Positions 9,842 to 18,889 of a stretch of DNA of 64,000 bases are shown here, in pieces. The notes under the pieces were generated by a model. It searched no databases. It saw nothing but the letters and a program-made list of their open reading frames with translations, and was not told the origin of the DNA. This DNA comes from an uncultured Prevotellaceae bacterium (lineage in GTDB: Bacteria > Bacteroidota > Bacteroidia > Bacteroidales > Bacteroidaceae). Within the stretch, counting starts at the first letter, position 1; the number at the start of each line of letters is the position of its first letter. The position numbers were made by a program, and so were the translations under genes. The stretch is taken from contig ONDA01000023.1 in the NCBI GenBank assembly GCA_900316475.1, forward strand, positions 15,016 to 79,015, read 5' to 3'.

Positions 9842-9892
9842 CACCCGAAAGCTTTCAAGATGACATTATATTAATTAAAAGAGGTAAAAAGT

Positions 9893-10240
9893 ATGAAAAG
9901 GATTGAAGCAATTATCCGCAAGACCAAGTTCGAGGAGGTCAAGGAGGCACTGCTCGCGTCGGACATCGACTGGTTTGAATACCATAACGTTCACGGTATC
10001 GGCCAGAGCCGACAGGAACGTATCTACCGTGGCGTGCAGTACTCTACGGATGTGATAGAGCGTGTGGCGCTGACCATCGTCTGCCGCGACGCCTTGGTGG
10101 AACCGACGGTGAAAGTGATACTCGACATGGCACACACAGGCGAGATAGGCGACGGTCGCATCTTCGTGAGCGACATGATAGACACATGGAGCATCCGCAC
10201 AGGCGAGAATGGCGACACCGTACTGAGAGATAAGAAGTAA
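9893..10240 (+). CDS. glnK: P-II nitrogen regulatory protein
   Basis: MKRIEAIIR, YRGVQY T-loop, TGEIGDGRIFVS..IRTGE; directly upstream of amtB. Confidence 0.93.
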   Translation: MKRIEAIIRKTKFEEVKEALLASDIDWFEYHNVHGIGQSRQERIYRGVQYSTDVIERVALTIVCRDALVEPTVKVILDMAHTGEIGDGRIFVSDMIDTWSIRTGENGDTVLRDKK

Positions 10241-10246
10241 GGGGTG

Positions 10247-10356
10247 CTCCCCTGCCCCCTCCAAGGAGGGGAGAGTCAAATAACACAAACACAAAAATCA
10301 CAACCCCATACCTCCGTTCGGGTTCCCCCTCCTCGGGAGGGGGTAAGGGGAGGCTT
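10247..10356. repeat. Intergenic inverted pair of the same palindromic repeat family (10247-10277, 10321-10356)
   Basis: ctcccctgccccctccaaggagggg and ccccctcctcgggagggggtaaggggaggctt. Confidence 0.85.
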
Positions 10357-10362
10357 ATACTT

Positions 10363-11616
10363 ATGAACGAAATAGGATTATCACTCGATACCGTATGGAT
10401 GCTGCTGGCAGCGATGTTAGTTTTCTGGATGCAGCCTGGCTTTGCCCTGTGTGAGGCTGGTTTTACACGAAGTAAGAATACGGTCAACATTCTGATGAAG
10501 AACTTTGTCGACTTCATGTTCGGCTCGCTCTTGTTCTTCTTCCTCGGCTTCGGCTTCATGTTCGGCAGCGAAGGTGCCGGTTTCATCGGTGCTCCCAACT
10601 GGGGCGACCTCTCATTCTACAAGGGCGACCTGCCCGTAGAGGGTTTCTTGATTTTCGAGACGGTCTTCTGCGCCACCTCTGCCACCATCGTCAGCGGAGC
10701 CATGGCTGAGCGCACGAAGTTCTCGATGTACCTGATTTACAGTGCCGTCATCTCGTTGTTTATCTATCCCATTGAAGGTCATTGGACGTGGGGCGGCGGC
10801 TGGCTCTGCAACGATGCTGCCGACGGCTTTATGATGTCTACCTTCGGCGACGTGTTTCACGACTTTGCCGGTTCGGCTGTCGTTCACTCCGTAGGTGGTG
10901 TGCTGGCACTGATTGGCGCTTTGGCACTGGGTCCCCGTGTTGGCAAGTATGCCAAGGACGGCAAGAGTCGTGCTATTCCCGGCCACAACCTGGCCATGGC
11001 CGCCCTGGGCGTGTTCATCCTCTGGTTAGGATGGTTTGGCTTCAACCCCGGTTCTCAGTTGGCTGCCAGTGGCGAGGTCAACCGTGTGGCCATCTCTCAT
11101 GTGTTCCTGACCACCAACCTTGCTGCTGTGGCAGGCGGTGTGGCCACGATGTTCCTCACCTACATCAAGTACGGCAAGCCGTCGCTCTCACTCACCCTGA
11201 ACGGCGTGTTGGCAGGTCTTGTGGGCATTACCGCCGGTTGCGACCTCGTATCGCCCCTTGGTGCCGTCGTCATCGGTCTGGTCTGCGGAACCGTTCTGGT
11301 TTACGCCATCGAGTTTATCGACCACAAGCTCCACATCGACGACCCTGTAGGTGCCAGTAGCGTACACGGCGTCTGCGGTATCCTGGGCACCCTCATGACC
11401 GGTCTGCTGTCCACATCCAACGGTGCCTTCTATGGCGGCGGTTGGGGATTCTTCGGAGCCGAGTGCTTCGGTATCCTTGTCATCGACGCCTGGGCTGCTG
11501 TCTGCGGTGTGATACTGTTCTACGGCATCAAGCACATTCACGGCTTACGCGTAGACAAGCGTATCGAGGAGGAAGGTCTCGACATCTATGAGCACGGAGA
11601 GGCGTGCTATAACTAA
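10363..11616 (+). CDS. amtB: Ammonium transporter
   Basis: DTVWMLLAAMLVFWMQPGFA, DFAGSAVVH, GWFGFN, DDPVGASSVHG. Confidence 0.97.
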   Translation: MNEIGLSLDTVWMLLAAMLVFWMQPGFALCEAGFTRSKNTVNILMKNFVDFMFGSLLFFFLGFGFMFGSEGAGFIGAPNWGDLSFYKGDLPVEGFLIFETVFCATSATIVSGAMAERTKFSMYLIYSAVISLFIYPIEGHWTWGGGWLCNDAADGFMMSTFGDVFHDFAGSAVVHSVGGVLALIGALALGPRVGKYAKDGKSRAIPGHNLAMAALGVFILWLGWFGFNPGSQLAASGEVNRVAISHVFLTTNLAAVAGGVATMFLTYIKYGKPSLSLTLNGVLAGLVGITAGCDLVSPLGAVVIGLVCGTVLVYAIEFIDHKLHIDDPVGASSVHGVCGILGTLMTGLLSTSNGAFYGGGWGFFGAECFGILVIDAWAAVCGVILFYGIKHIHGLRVDKRIEEEGLDIYEHGEACYN

Positions 11617-11640
11617 TCATAAATAATAAGGTAAAAGGTT

Positions 11641-12348
11641 ATGAAAAAGATTGTATTATTGGCCATAGGTCTGGTTGCGCTCGCAACCACCTATGCACAG
11701 GAGACAGTAGAAACCACTATCAGTAGCGACGTGGTGAGCAGTTACATCTGGCGTGGCCAGGATTTGGGCAGTGCAGCCATACAGCCCACCTTGGGCGTAG
11801 GCTATAAGGGCCTTTCGTTGTCGGCCTGGGGCAGCTACGGCATCGCCGATCCCGCCGACGCCAAGGAGTTCGACCTGACGCTTGCCTACACCCTTGACGG
11901 TCTGAATATCGGCATCACCGACTACTGGTTCAACGCTGGCGGTCTCGACCCTGACGGCAGATACTTCAAGTATGACGCCCACGGCACCAACCACGTCTTC
12001 GAAGCGAACGTCGGCTACGATTTCGGCTTTGCCAGCGTGCAGTGGTACACCAACTTCACTGGTAACGACGGTATCAACAAGGATGGCAAGCGGGCCTACA
12101 GCAGTTACGCCGAGATAGCCGTTCCCTTTAAGCTTGCCACCGTCGACTGGACGGCCAGAGCCGGTGCCGTGCCCTATTGCACAACGTTTTACGGCACAAC
12201 AGGCTTCGCCGTAACCCATCTCTCGCTGCAAGCGACAAAAGACATCAAAGTGACGGACGCATTCTCGATACCCGTCTTCGGGCAGGTCATAGCCAATCCC
12301 TGTACCCAGAAAGCCTACCTGGTTCTCGGCCTTACGCTGCGGCCATGA
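11641..12348 (+). CDS. Outer-membrane beta-barrel protein (TorF-like putative porin)
   Basis: Signal peptide, SSYIWRGQD..AIQP, EFDLTLAY alternating strands, terminal amphipathic strand. Confidence 0.7.
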   Translation: MKKIVLLAIGLVALATTYAQETVETTISSDVVSSYIWRGQDLGSAAIQPTLGVGYKGLSLSAWGSYGIADPADAKEFDLTLAYTLDGLNIGITDYWFNAGGLDPDGRYFKYDAHGTNHVFEANVGYDFGFASVQWYTNFTGNDGINKDGKRAYSSYAEIAVPFKLATVDWTARAGAVPYCTTFYGTTGFAVTHLSLQATKDIKVTDAFSIPVFGQVIANPCTQKAYLVLGLTLRP

Positions 12349-12362
12349 TCTTATCCAGGTTT

Positions 12363-12401
12363 CCCTCTCTTCTGTCGTAACAGGCGGAAGAGGGGGCTTT
12401 C
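12363..12401 (+). terminator. Possible intrinsic terminator after the porin gene
   Basis: ctcttctgtc..ggcggaagag stem followed by a T-rich tail. Confidence 0.45.
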
Positions 12402-12446
12402 TTCTGTTCTGCATCTGGCAAGAGTGCCTCCGGCAAAGTCCTTGCC

Positions 12447-12533
12447 TTACAAAATGCAAGGGAAACGACCGTTTTCAAGGCAAAACGAAAGGTTGCGCCC
12501 ACCCTTGCGCCTATAGATTCTTACACTTTGACA
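12447..12533. promoter_or_regulatory. Paired candidate operator boxes upstream of pyrG-purF (12447-12459, 12521-12533)
   Basis: TTACAAAATGCAA and TTACACTTTGACA, 74 bp apart, ending 64 bp before the -7 box TAATTTTG (12597-12604). Confidence 0.7.
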
Positions 12534-12629
12534 ACGAAGCGCGTTTTTAACAATCAAAAACAGGAGGCTATGATTGGCTGTCAGCGGGATTATCCGTAAT
12601 TTTGCAGTCCATAGAATAGAAATCGTTTT

Positions 12630-14351
12630 ATGGAAACAAAGTACATCTTCGTCACGGGCGGCGTCGTTTCCTCGTTGGGAAAAGGCATCATCTCCGCCAG
12701 CATCGGCAAACTGCTGCAGGCACGTGGCTTCAAAATCACCATCAAGAAGTTCGACCCGTACATCAACATCGACCCGGGCACACTGAACCCCTACGAGCAC
12801 GGCGAATGCTACGTGACGGAGGACAGTTTTGAAACCGACCTCGACTTAGGGCACTACGAGCGCTTTACGGGTATACGTACCACACGCCACAACAGCATCA
12901 CCACAGGCCGCATCTATAAGGCAGTCATCGACCGCGAGCGCCACGGCGACTATCTGGGCAAGACCATCCAGGTGGTGCCGCACATCACGGACGAGATAAA
13001 AAAGAGGATATTGGACACCCCGGGGGCAGTAGGAGGAGCTTTGGGGACTTCATCTTTCGTCATTTGCGAAATCGGCGGCACCATCGGCGACATCGAGAGT
13101 GCGCCGTTCATGGAGGCTATCCGCCAGCTGCGCTGGGAACTGGGGCGCAATGCCGTGTGTGTACACCTAACCTACGTGCCCTATCTGAAAGCCGCCGACG
13201 AGTTAAAGACAAAGCCCACGCAACATTCGGTCAAGGAATTGCAGAGCATGGGCATCCAGCCTGACATCCTCGTACTACGCACGGAACGTCATCTGGACGA
13301 AAGCCTGCGCAGGAAAGTGGCGTCGTTCTGCAATGTCGACCTGGATTGTGTCGTACAGAGCGAGGACTTGCCGAGTATCTATGAGGTGCCGGTGAGTATG
13401 CACCAGCAGGGGCTTGACACGGCCATATTAAGAAAGGCGGGAGCCTCCCCAAGCCCCTCCAAAGGAGGGGATGTTGAGACACCTGATTTCGCGGCTTGGA
13501 CTGCCTGGCTTGCCTTCCTCGACAAGCAGCGACACGCTACCCGTGAGTTGCACATCGGACTGGTGGGTAAATACGACCTGCAGGATGCCTACAAGAGCAT
13601 CCGCGAGAGCCTGAGTCTGGCTGGCGTCTATAACGACGTGAAGACGAAGATTCATTTCGTCAACAGCGAGGCGTTGACGGCGGAAAACGTCGCTACACAA
13701 TTGGCGGGCATGGCGGGCATCGTCATCTGTCCTGGTTTCGGACAGCGGGGCATCGAGGGGAAAATCATCGCCGCCGAATACACACGCACACACGACATCC
13801 CCACCTTCGGCATCTGCTTAGGCATGCAGATGATGGTCATTGAGTTTGCACGGAACGTGTTAGGCTATCCGGATGCGACGAGCAGCGAGATGGTGACCTT
13901 CCCCAAAGCCTCCCCAAGCCCCTCCGAAGGAGGGGGTGTGGCTCCCCACTGTGTGATAGACATGATGGAAGAACAGAAGAGTATTACGCAGATGGGTGGC
14001 ACGATGCGGTTGGGGGCATACGACTGCCAATTAGTGGAAGGCAGCAAAGCGTATGAAGCATACCTGCAGTCGGAGCAATCTACCCCCCTCGCTCACAGAG
14101 AGGAGCCGGGGGAGAGTCTCTTTGTCAAGGAACGCCATCGCCATCGCTATGAGTTCAACAATCAATATAAGGAGGAATACGAGCAGGCCGGCATGAAGTG
14201 CGTAGGCATCAACCCGACCGCCAACCTCGTCGAGATTGTCGAGATACCCGACAAGCGTTGGTACATCGGCACACAGTTCCATCCTGAGTATTCGTCAACG
14301 GTGCTGCACCCGCACCCACTGTTTATGTCGTTCATAAAGGCCTGCATCTGA
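12630..14351 (+). CDS. pyrG: CTP synthase
   Basis: FVTGGVVSSLGKG, KFDPYINIDPGTLNPYEHGE, CLGMQ, RHRHRYE, QFHPE. Confidence 0.98.
   Translation: METKYIFVTGGVVSSLGKGIISASIGKLLQARGFKITIKKFDPYINIDPGTLNPYEHGECYVTEDSFETDLDLGHYERFTGIRTTRHNSITTGRIYKAVIDRERHGDYLGKTIQVVPHITDEIKKRILDTPGAVGGALGTSSFVICEIGGTIGDIESAPFMEAIRQLRWELGRNAVCVHLTYVPYLKAADELKTKPTQHSVKELQSMGIQPDILVLRTERHLDESLRRKVASFCNVDLDCVVQSEDLPSIYEVPVSMHQQGLDTAILRKAGASPSPSKGGDVETPDFAAWTAWLAFLDKQRHATRELHIGLVGKYDLQDAYKSIRESLSLAGVYNDVKTKIHFVNSEALTAENVATQLAGMAGIVICPGFGQRGIEGKIIAAEYTRTHDIPTFGICLGMQMMVIEFARNVLGYPDATSSEMVTFPKASPSPSEGGGVAPHCVIDMMEEQKSITQMGGTMRLGAYDCQLVEGSKAYEAYLQSEQSTPLAHREEPGESLFVKERHRHRYEFNNQYKEEYEQAGMKCVGINPTANLVEIVEIPDKRWYIGTQFHPEYSSTVLHPHPLFMSFIKACI
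13017..14119. repeat. Four palindromic repeat copies in frame in pyrG (13017-13040, 13441-13473, 13906-13936, 14077-14119)
   Basis: Peptides TPGAVGGA, ASPSPSKGGDV, ASPSPSEGGGV, STPLAHREEPGESL match the gltB and intergenic copies. Confidence 0.8.
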
Positions 14352-14352
14352 C

Positions 14353-16146
14353 ATGGAACAACTCAAGCATGAGTGTGGCGTGGCGATGATTCGCCTGCTG
14401 AAACCGCTGGACTACTACGGACAGAAGTACGGCACCAACCGCTACGGGCTGAACAAACTCTACCTGATGATGGAGAAACAACACAACCGCGGTCAGGAGG
14501 GAGCAGGCATCGCCTCGGTGAGCCTGGACAAAGAGCCTGGCCGGGAGTATATGTTCCGAGAGAAGGCCGAAGGTAAGGATGCCATCACCGAAATCTTCAG
14601 AAGGGTGGCCTCAACAATACCCTCATCATGTCATCAGGCACCCTCGCCTTCGGAGGGACTTGGCGAGGCGTGGAGCACTTGCCAACTCCTGATGGGGCAC
14701 CTGCGCTACTCAACGACGGGCAAGAGCGGACTGCAATACGTACATCCTTTCCTGCGCCGCAACAACTGGCGGGCGAAGAACCTCTGTCTGTGCGGCAACT
14801 TCAACATGACCAACATCGACGAGGTCTTCCGCTTCCTGACAGCGCAGGGACAGTCGCCGCGTATCTATGGCGACTCGTACATCACGCTGGAACTGATGGG
14901 GCACCGCCTGGACCGCGAGGTCGAAAGGCTCTACAACGAGGCGATGGGCAAAGGACTGGAGGGACTCGACATCACGCACTATATAGACGAGCATGTGGAG
15001 ATGGCCAATGTGCTACGCACCACGATGCAGCACTACGACGGCGGTTACGTCATGTGTGGACTGACGGGCTCGGGCGAGATGTTCTCTGTACGCGACCCCT
15101 GGGGTATCCGTCCGGCATTCTACTATCGCGACGACGAGATAATAGCCGTCGCCAGCGAGCGCCCTGTGCTGCAGACCACGTTCGACATCCAGGCTGAGGA
15201 TGTGCATGAGCTGATGCCTGGTCAGGCACTCATCGTTCATCAGAACGGCACGAGCCAGCTGGAACAGATAATGCCTGCACAGCGGTTCAGTGCCTGTTCC
15301 TTCGAGCGCATCTACTTCAGTCGCGGCTCCGACCGTGACATCTATCAGGAGCGCAAACGGCTGGGCGAACAACTGACGCCAGCCATCCTCAAGGCTATTG
15401 ACAACGATGTTGCCAACACCGTGTTTTCATATATCCCCAACACGGCCGAGGTGGCCTACTATGGCATGACCGACGGTTTCCGACGGCAGGGCTACAGCGT
15501 GCGCACGGAGAAGGTGGTGTGGAAAGACATCAAACTGCGCACCTTCATTGCCGACAACTCAGAGCGCAACGACCTGGCGGCTCATGTCTACGACATCAGC
15601 TACGGTTCGCTGCGACCCTACGAGGACAACCTCGTCATCATCGACGACTCCATCGTGCGCGGAACGACACTCAAGGAGAGCATCTTCAAGATTCTGGACC
15701 GGCTGCACCCCAAGAAGATTGTCATGGTCAGCTCGTCGCCCCAGATTCGCTACCCCGACTACTACGGCATCGACATGGCGCGCCTGGAGGAGTTCTGCGC
15801 CTTCCGCGCCACGATGGCACTGATTGAGGAGCGTGGTATGTGGCAACTGGTCAACGACACCTATCTGGCCTGCAAACATAACCTTCAAACAGAGAATCAT
15901 GTCCGTGCGCTCTACGAGCCTTTCACCGTCGAGGAAATCAACAGGAAGATTGTGGAGATGCTGCGCCCGAAGGGCATGAAGGCACCTGTCGAACTGGTGT
16001 TCCAGAGTATCGAGGGTCTCCACGAGGCGTGCCCTAACCACCCTGGCGACTGGTATTTTACCGGTCACTATCCTACGCCTGGCGGCACACGGCTCTGTAA
16101 CGCTGCCTTTGTGAACTACATTGACAACAAACAGAAGAAACGGTAA
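14353..16146 (+). CDS. purF: Amidophosphoribosyltransferase (class II glutamine amidotransferase plus PRTase)
   Basis: KHECG, QHNRGQEGAG, GHLRYST, VRDPWGIRP, IIDDSIVRGTT. Confidence 0.88.
   Translation: MEQLKHECGVAMIRLLKPLDYYGQKYGTNRYGLNKLYLMMEKQHNRGQEGAGIASVSLDKEPGREYMFREKAEGKDAITEIFRRVASTIPSSCHQAPSPSEGLGEAWSTCQLLMGHLRYSTTGKSGLQYVHPFLRRNNWRAKNLCLCGNFNMTNIDEVFRFLTAQGQSPRIYGDSYITLELMGHRLDREVERLYNEAMGKGLEGLDITHYIDEHVEMANVLRTTMQHYDGGYVMCGLTGSGEMFSVRDPWGIRPAFYYRDDEIIAVASERPVLQTTFDIQAEDVHELMPGQALIVHQNGTSQLEQIMPAQRFSACSFERIYFSRGSDRDIYQERKRLGEQLTPAILKAIDNDVANTVFSYIPNTAEVAYYGMTDGFRRQGYSVRTEKVVWKDIKLRTFIADNSERNDLAAHVYDISYGSLRPYEDNLVIIDDSIVRGTTLKESIFKILDRLHPKKIVMVSSSPQIRYPDYYGIDMARLEEFCAFRATMALIEERGMWQLVNDTYLACKHNLQTENHVRALYEPFTVEEINRKIVEMLRPKGMKAPVELVFQSIEGLHEACPNHPGDWYFTGHYPTPGGTRLCNAAFVNYIDNKQKKR
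14638..14669. repeat. Degenerate palindromic repeat copy in frame in purF
   Basis: ccctcgccttcggagggacttggcgaggc; peptide APSPSEGLGEA. Confidence 0.65.
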
Positions 16147-16152
16147 TAATCT

Positions 16153-17085
16153 TGAACTTTCCCACCCCTTTCCTTTTTAATCCCATTTCTTTTCAACCAC
16201 TAATTGCTAATTGAACGAATTATTACTAATTCAACTTTCTCAAGTTTTATAACGACCACGAATTTAACGAATTAAACGAATTTTCTATGCAGGATGTTAT
16301 GATGCATCTAAGATGCAACGAATTTCACGAATTGGCTAGCGCCGGCAAGAAATCGCTTGCGATTTCATTCGTGAAATTCGTTTAAAATAACAACGCGCAG
16401 CCAAATTCGTGAAATTCGTGAAATTCGTGGTAAAAAAAATACTTACGAAACTTGAATTACTAATAAGTTGCGAATTTTCGCCGCAAGTGCCGATAGCCTG
16501 CGCGTAGCAAATTAGTGAAATCTTTGTCGTCTGTCGGCTCAAAATCTTTTAAATCTTCAAATCTTTGTTCATTACAAAAAGAATGGCCGTCATTTGTTTC
16601 GGAAAACAATTAGAAAAAATTAGAATAATCTGTTCCAACAATTAGAAATAAAGCTGTCTCGACAAATTAGAAATAATAAGCCCTGTCAGGGCATTTGTTG
16701 GGAAACGAATTGCCGTAATAATCATAATTTTTGCCGTAATTTTCATAATAATAATTACGGAGCACTGCGCGTAGCAAAATTAGTGAAATTAGTGCAATTA
16801 GTGGTTTATTATAATGTCATCTTTGTCGTCTGTCGGCTCAAAATCTTTTAAATCTTCAAATCTTTGTTCATTATTAAATTATTCAAGTTTCGTAAGTATT
16901 TTTTTACCACGAATTTCACGAATTTCACGAATTTGGCTGCGCGTTGTTAATTTAAACGAATTTCACGAATGAAATCGGAAAATTCGTTTAATTCGTTAAA
17001 TTCGTAGTCGTTATAAAACTTGAGAAAGTTGAATTAAATTAGTGAAATTAGTGGTTCTTAAAAGGTTTTAGGGGTGGGGAACTTG
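16153..17085. repeat. AT-rich non-coding fold-back region with long inverted arms and internal direct repeats
   Basis: 16227-16285 vs 16978-17036 inverted (1 mismatch in 59); 16360-16457 vs 16881-16977 inverted (1 mismatch, 1 indel); 16521-16574 = 16820-16873 direct; 9-bp AAATTCGTG repeats. Confidence 0.9.
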
Positions 17086-17120
17086 AGTAGTAATCTTTGC
17101 AGAATAATCTAAAATACCAA

Positions 17121-18035
17121 TCATAGTCCGTTTATCGTCTCAACTGTCAGCCCTGTGTATTTGGCTATCAGTTCTGCGGGCATGCCGTCAGCCTTCATAC
17201 GGCGGGCTGACTCTAAGGCCTTTTCATGCTCGCCCTCGGCACGACCCTTCTTCAGGCCCTCGGCACGACCCTCGGCGCGTCCCTTTGCCAAACCTTTCTC
17301 CATACCCTTCGCTGCGGCAGTGCGGAAAGCACCGTCGAGGTCGTAATAGGCCTTCTCGCTCTCGAAATACTTGGCGTAGTCCTCCTTCGACAGGTTGGCC
17401 GTCTCCGCCACGTCGAAGAACTTCTTGAAGATGCGCTCCTGCAGGGCGGCAGGGCGCTCCAGCAGGCGGGGCAGGTTCTTCAGCGCGTAGAGCCACTTGT
17501 CGAGCAGCGACTCCAGCTCGGCCTCCGTCTTGCGGAACTTGGGCATCTCGAGATAGATGTAAGTCAGGTTGTCGTAGAAGACCTCTTTTTTGTTGATATC
17601 CATCAGCTTCACCACGTGGTGGAAGTACTCCTCGTCGTCCTTGTCCTCGTCGAACACGAAGTCGAGGATGCCGATGGTGTAGACGGCCTTCAGGCCGAAG
17701 CGCCAGCGACCCCGCTCGCCCTGTGAGCGGATGGGGAACGAAGAGTAGTAGACCGAGCGGTCCTTGAAGTACTGCTGGTCGGCCTTCTGCATCTCGATGA
17801 TGATTTTCTCGCCGTGCTCGTTCTCGGCATACACGTCGAAGACGGCGCGGCGGTCGTCCTTCGTGTCGCCGAGCTGCTCGGACGGTATCAGCGTGAGCGA
17901 CTTGATGACCTCCTTACCACGCAGCAGCTCGTTGACGAGCGCCAGCGTGAACTCCTTGTTAGGCTCGGTGCCGAAGAGGTACTTGAAGCCGTAGTCGGTA
18001 AAGGGATTGATGTATCTGCCTGCTATCTCTTCCAT
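17121..18035 (-). CDS. Rpn family recombination-promoting nuclease / PD-(D/E)XK putative transposase
   Basis: YINPFTDYGFKYLFG, FDVYAENEHGEKIIIEMQ, YIYLEMPKF, C-terminal GRAEG repeats; start reassigned to 18035. Confidence 0.9.
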   Translation of the reverse strand: MEEIAGRYINPFTDYGFKYLFGTEPNKEFTLALVNELLRGKEVIKSLTLIPSEQLGDTKDDRRAVFDVYAENEHGEKIIIEMQKADQQYFKDRSVYYSSFPIRSQGERGRWRFGLKAVYTIGILDFVFDEDKDDEEYFHHVVKLMDINKKEVFYDNLTYIYLEMPKFRKTEAELESLLDKWLYALKNLPRLLERPAALQERIFKKFFDVAETANLSKEDYAKYFESEKAYYDLDGAFRTAAAKGMEKGLAKGRAEGRAEGLKKGRAEGEHEKALESARRMKADGMPAELIAKYTGLTVETINGL

Positions 18036-18190
18036 AAGTGATGTACTGAATTTCTGCTGCAAAAATAGCATTTTTCCCTGACACTGCCAAGGATTTTGCA
18101 GAATAAAATCTACTTGGCATAGCGTATTCTCCATGAATTGCCCAGGCTTTGTCACTATAAACCGAAGCGGGAATAGCAGAAAAAAAAGTA

Positions 18191-18591
18191 GGTGACACCT
18201 CTTACACCTGGCACTTAACTACTTGAAAATCAAGGGCCGTTCCGAGCAGCTTAGTCGCACCTGTGGTCACACCTATAGTCGCACCTGTGGTCGCTCCAAG
18301 GCGCTCGGCGACGCAAGGAGACGCATTCTTTGCAAGCAAAGCGTCGCAAGCGCCGAGCGGCCAAGAAAAAGGCAAGAATAGTGGCAGACCGTGAAACATT
18401 TACGAGAGGCCGTGAGATTTTTCTGAGAGGCCGTGAAATTTTTGCGAACGGCCGTGAAATTTTCGGCTTTGCCGTGAAACATTTTGGGAGTGGTTGGTGC
18501 GCCACTTGGTGTGGGTATTGGTGTGGGTATTGGTGTGGGCAAGTTCCTCGCTAACCTGCTGATAATCAGGCTTGGTGTAAGAGGTGTCACC
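18191..18591. mobile_element. MITE-like element with perfect 18-bp terminal inverted repeats
   Basis: GGTGACACCTCTTACACC (18191-18208) and its exact reverse complement (18574-18591); internal 12-bp and 21-bp tandem arrays; no credible ORF. Confidence 0.6.
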
Positions 18592-18680
18592 AAAATGCAG
18601 TCTTGCCTGTATACGCGCGCGAGAGAAGAGGCATTTTAGGGTGTGCGTAAGCCAAAGAGGTAGCATAGACGTTAGCCAAA

Positions 18681-18767
18681 TGACGCTTTGTAACAGAACT
18701 GACAGTTTTCCCGTCAAAGAGAAAGCATAATGACACTTATCGGCCATCATAATATTACAAAATGTCA
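18681..18767. promoter_or_regulatory. Paired candidate operator boxes upstream of asnB (18681-18693, 18755-18767)
   Basis: TGACGCTTTGTAA and TTACAAAATGTCA, 74 bp apart, ending 63 bp before the -7 box TACCTTTG (18830-18837). Confidence 0.7.
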
Positions 18768-18889
18768 GCAAACTGAAGTTTTAACAAACAAAAGAGTCAA
18801 GTTCCGAGGTCTCTCTCTCTTGTTTTGCTTACCTTTGCTGCCTGTTTATTGCAAGTACTAAGTAAATACTGATAATTGTTGATATAACT

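Noticed and set aside
16153-17085. Possible CRISPR array
   Set aside because: Only two copies of the 54-bp direct repeat, no regular spacers, dominated by inverted arms, and no cas genes.
18202-18771. Small ORFs with TGAT, PTPI and KISRP repeats
   Set aside because: Translations of tandem DNA arrays inside the MITE-like element; no promoter or coding signature.
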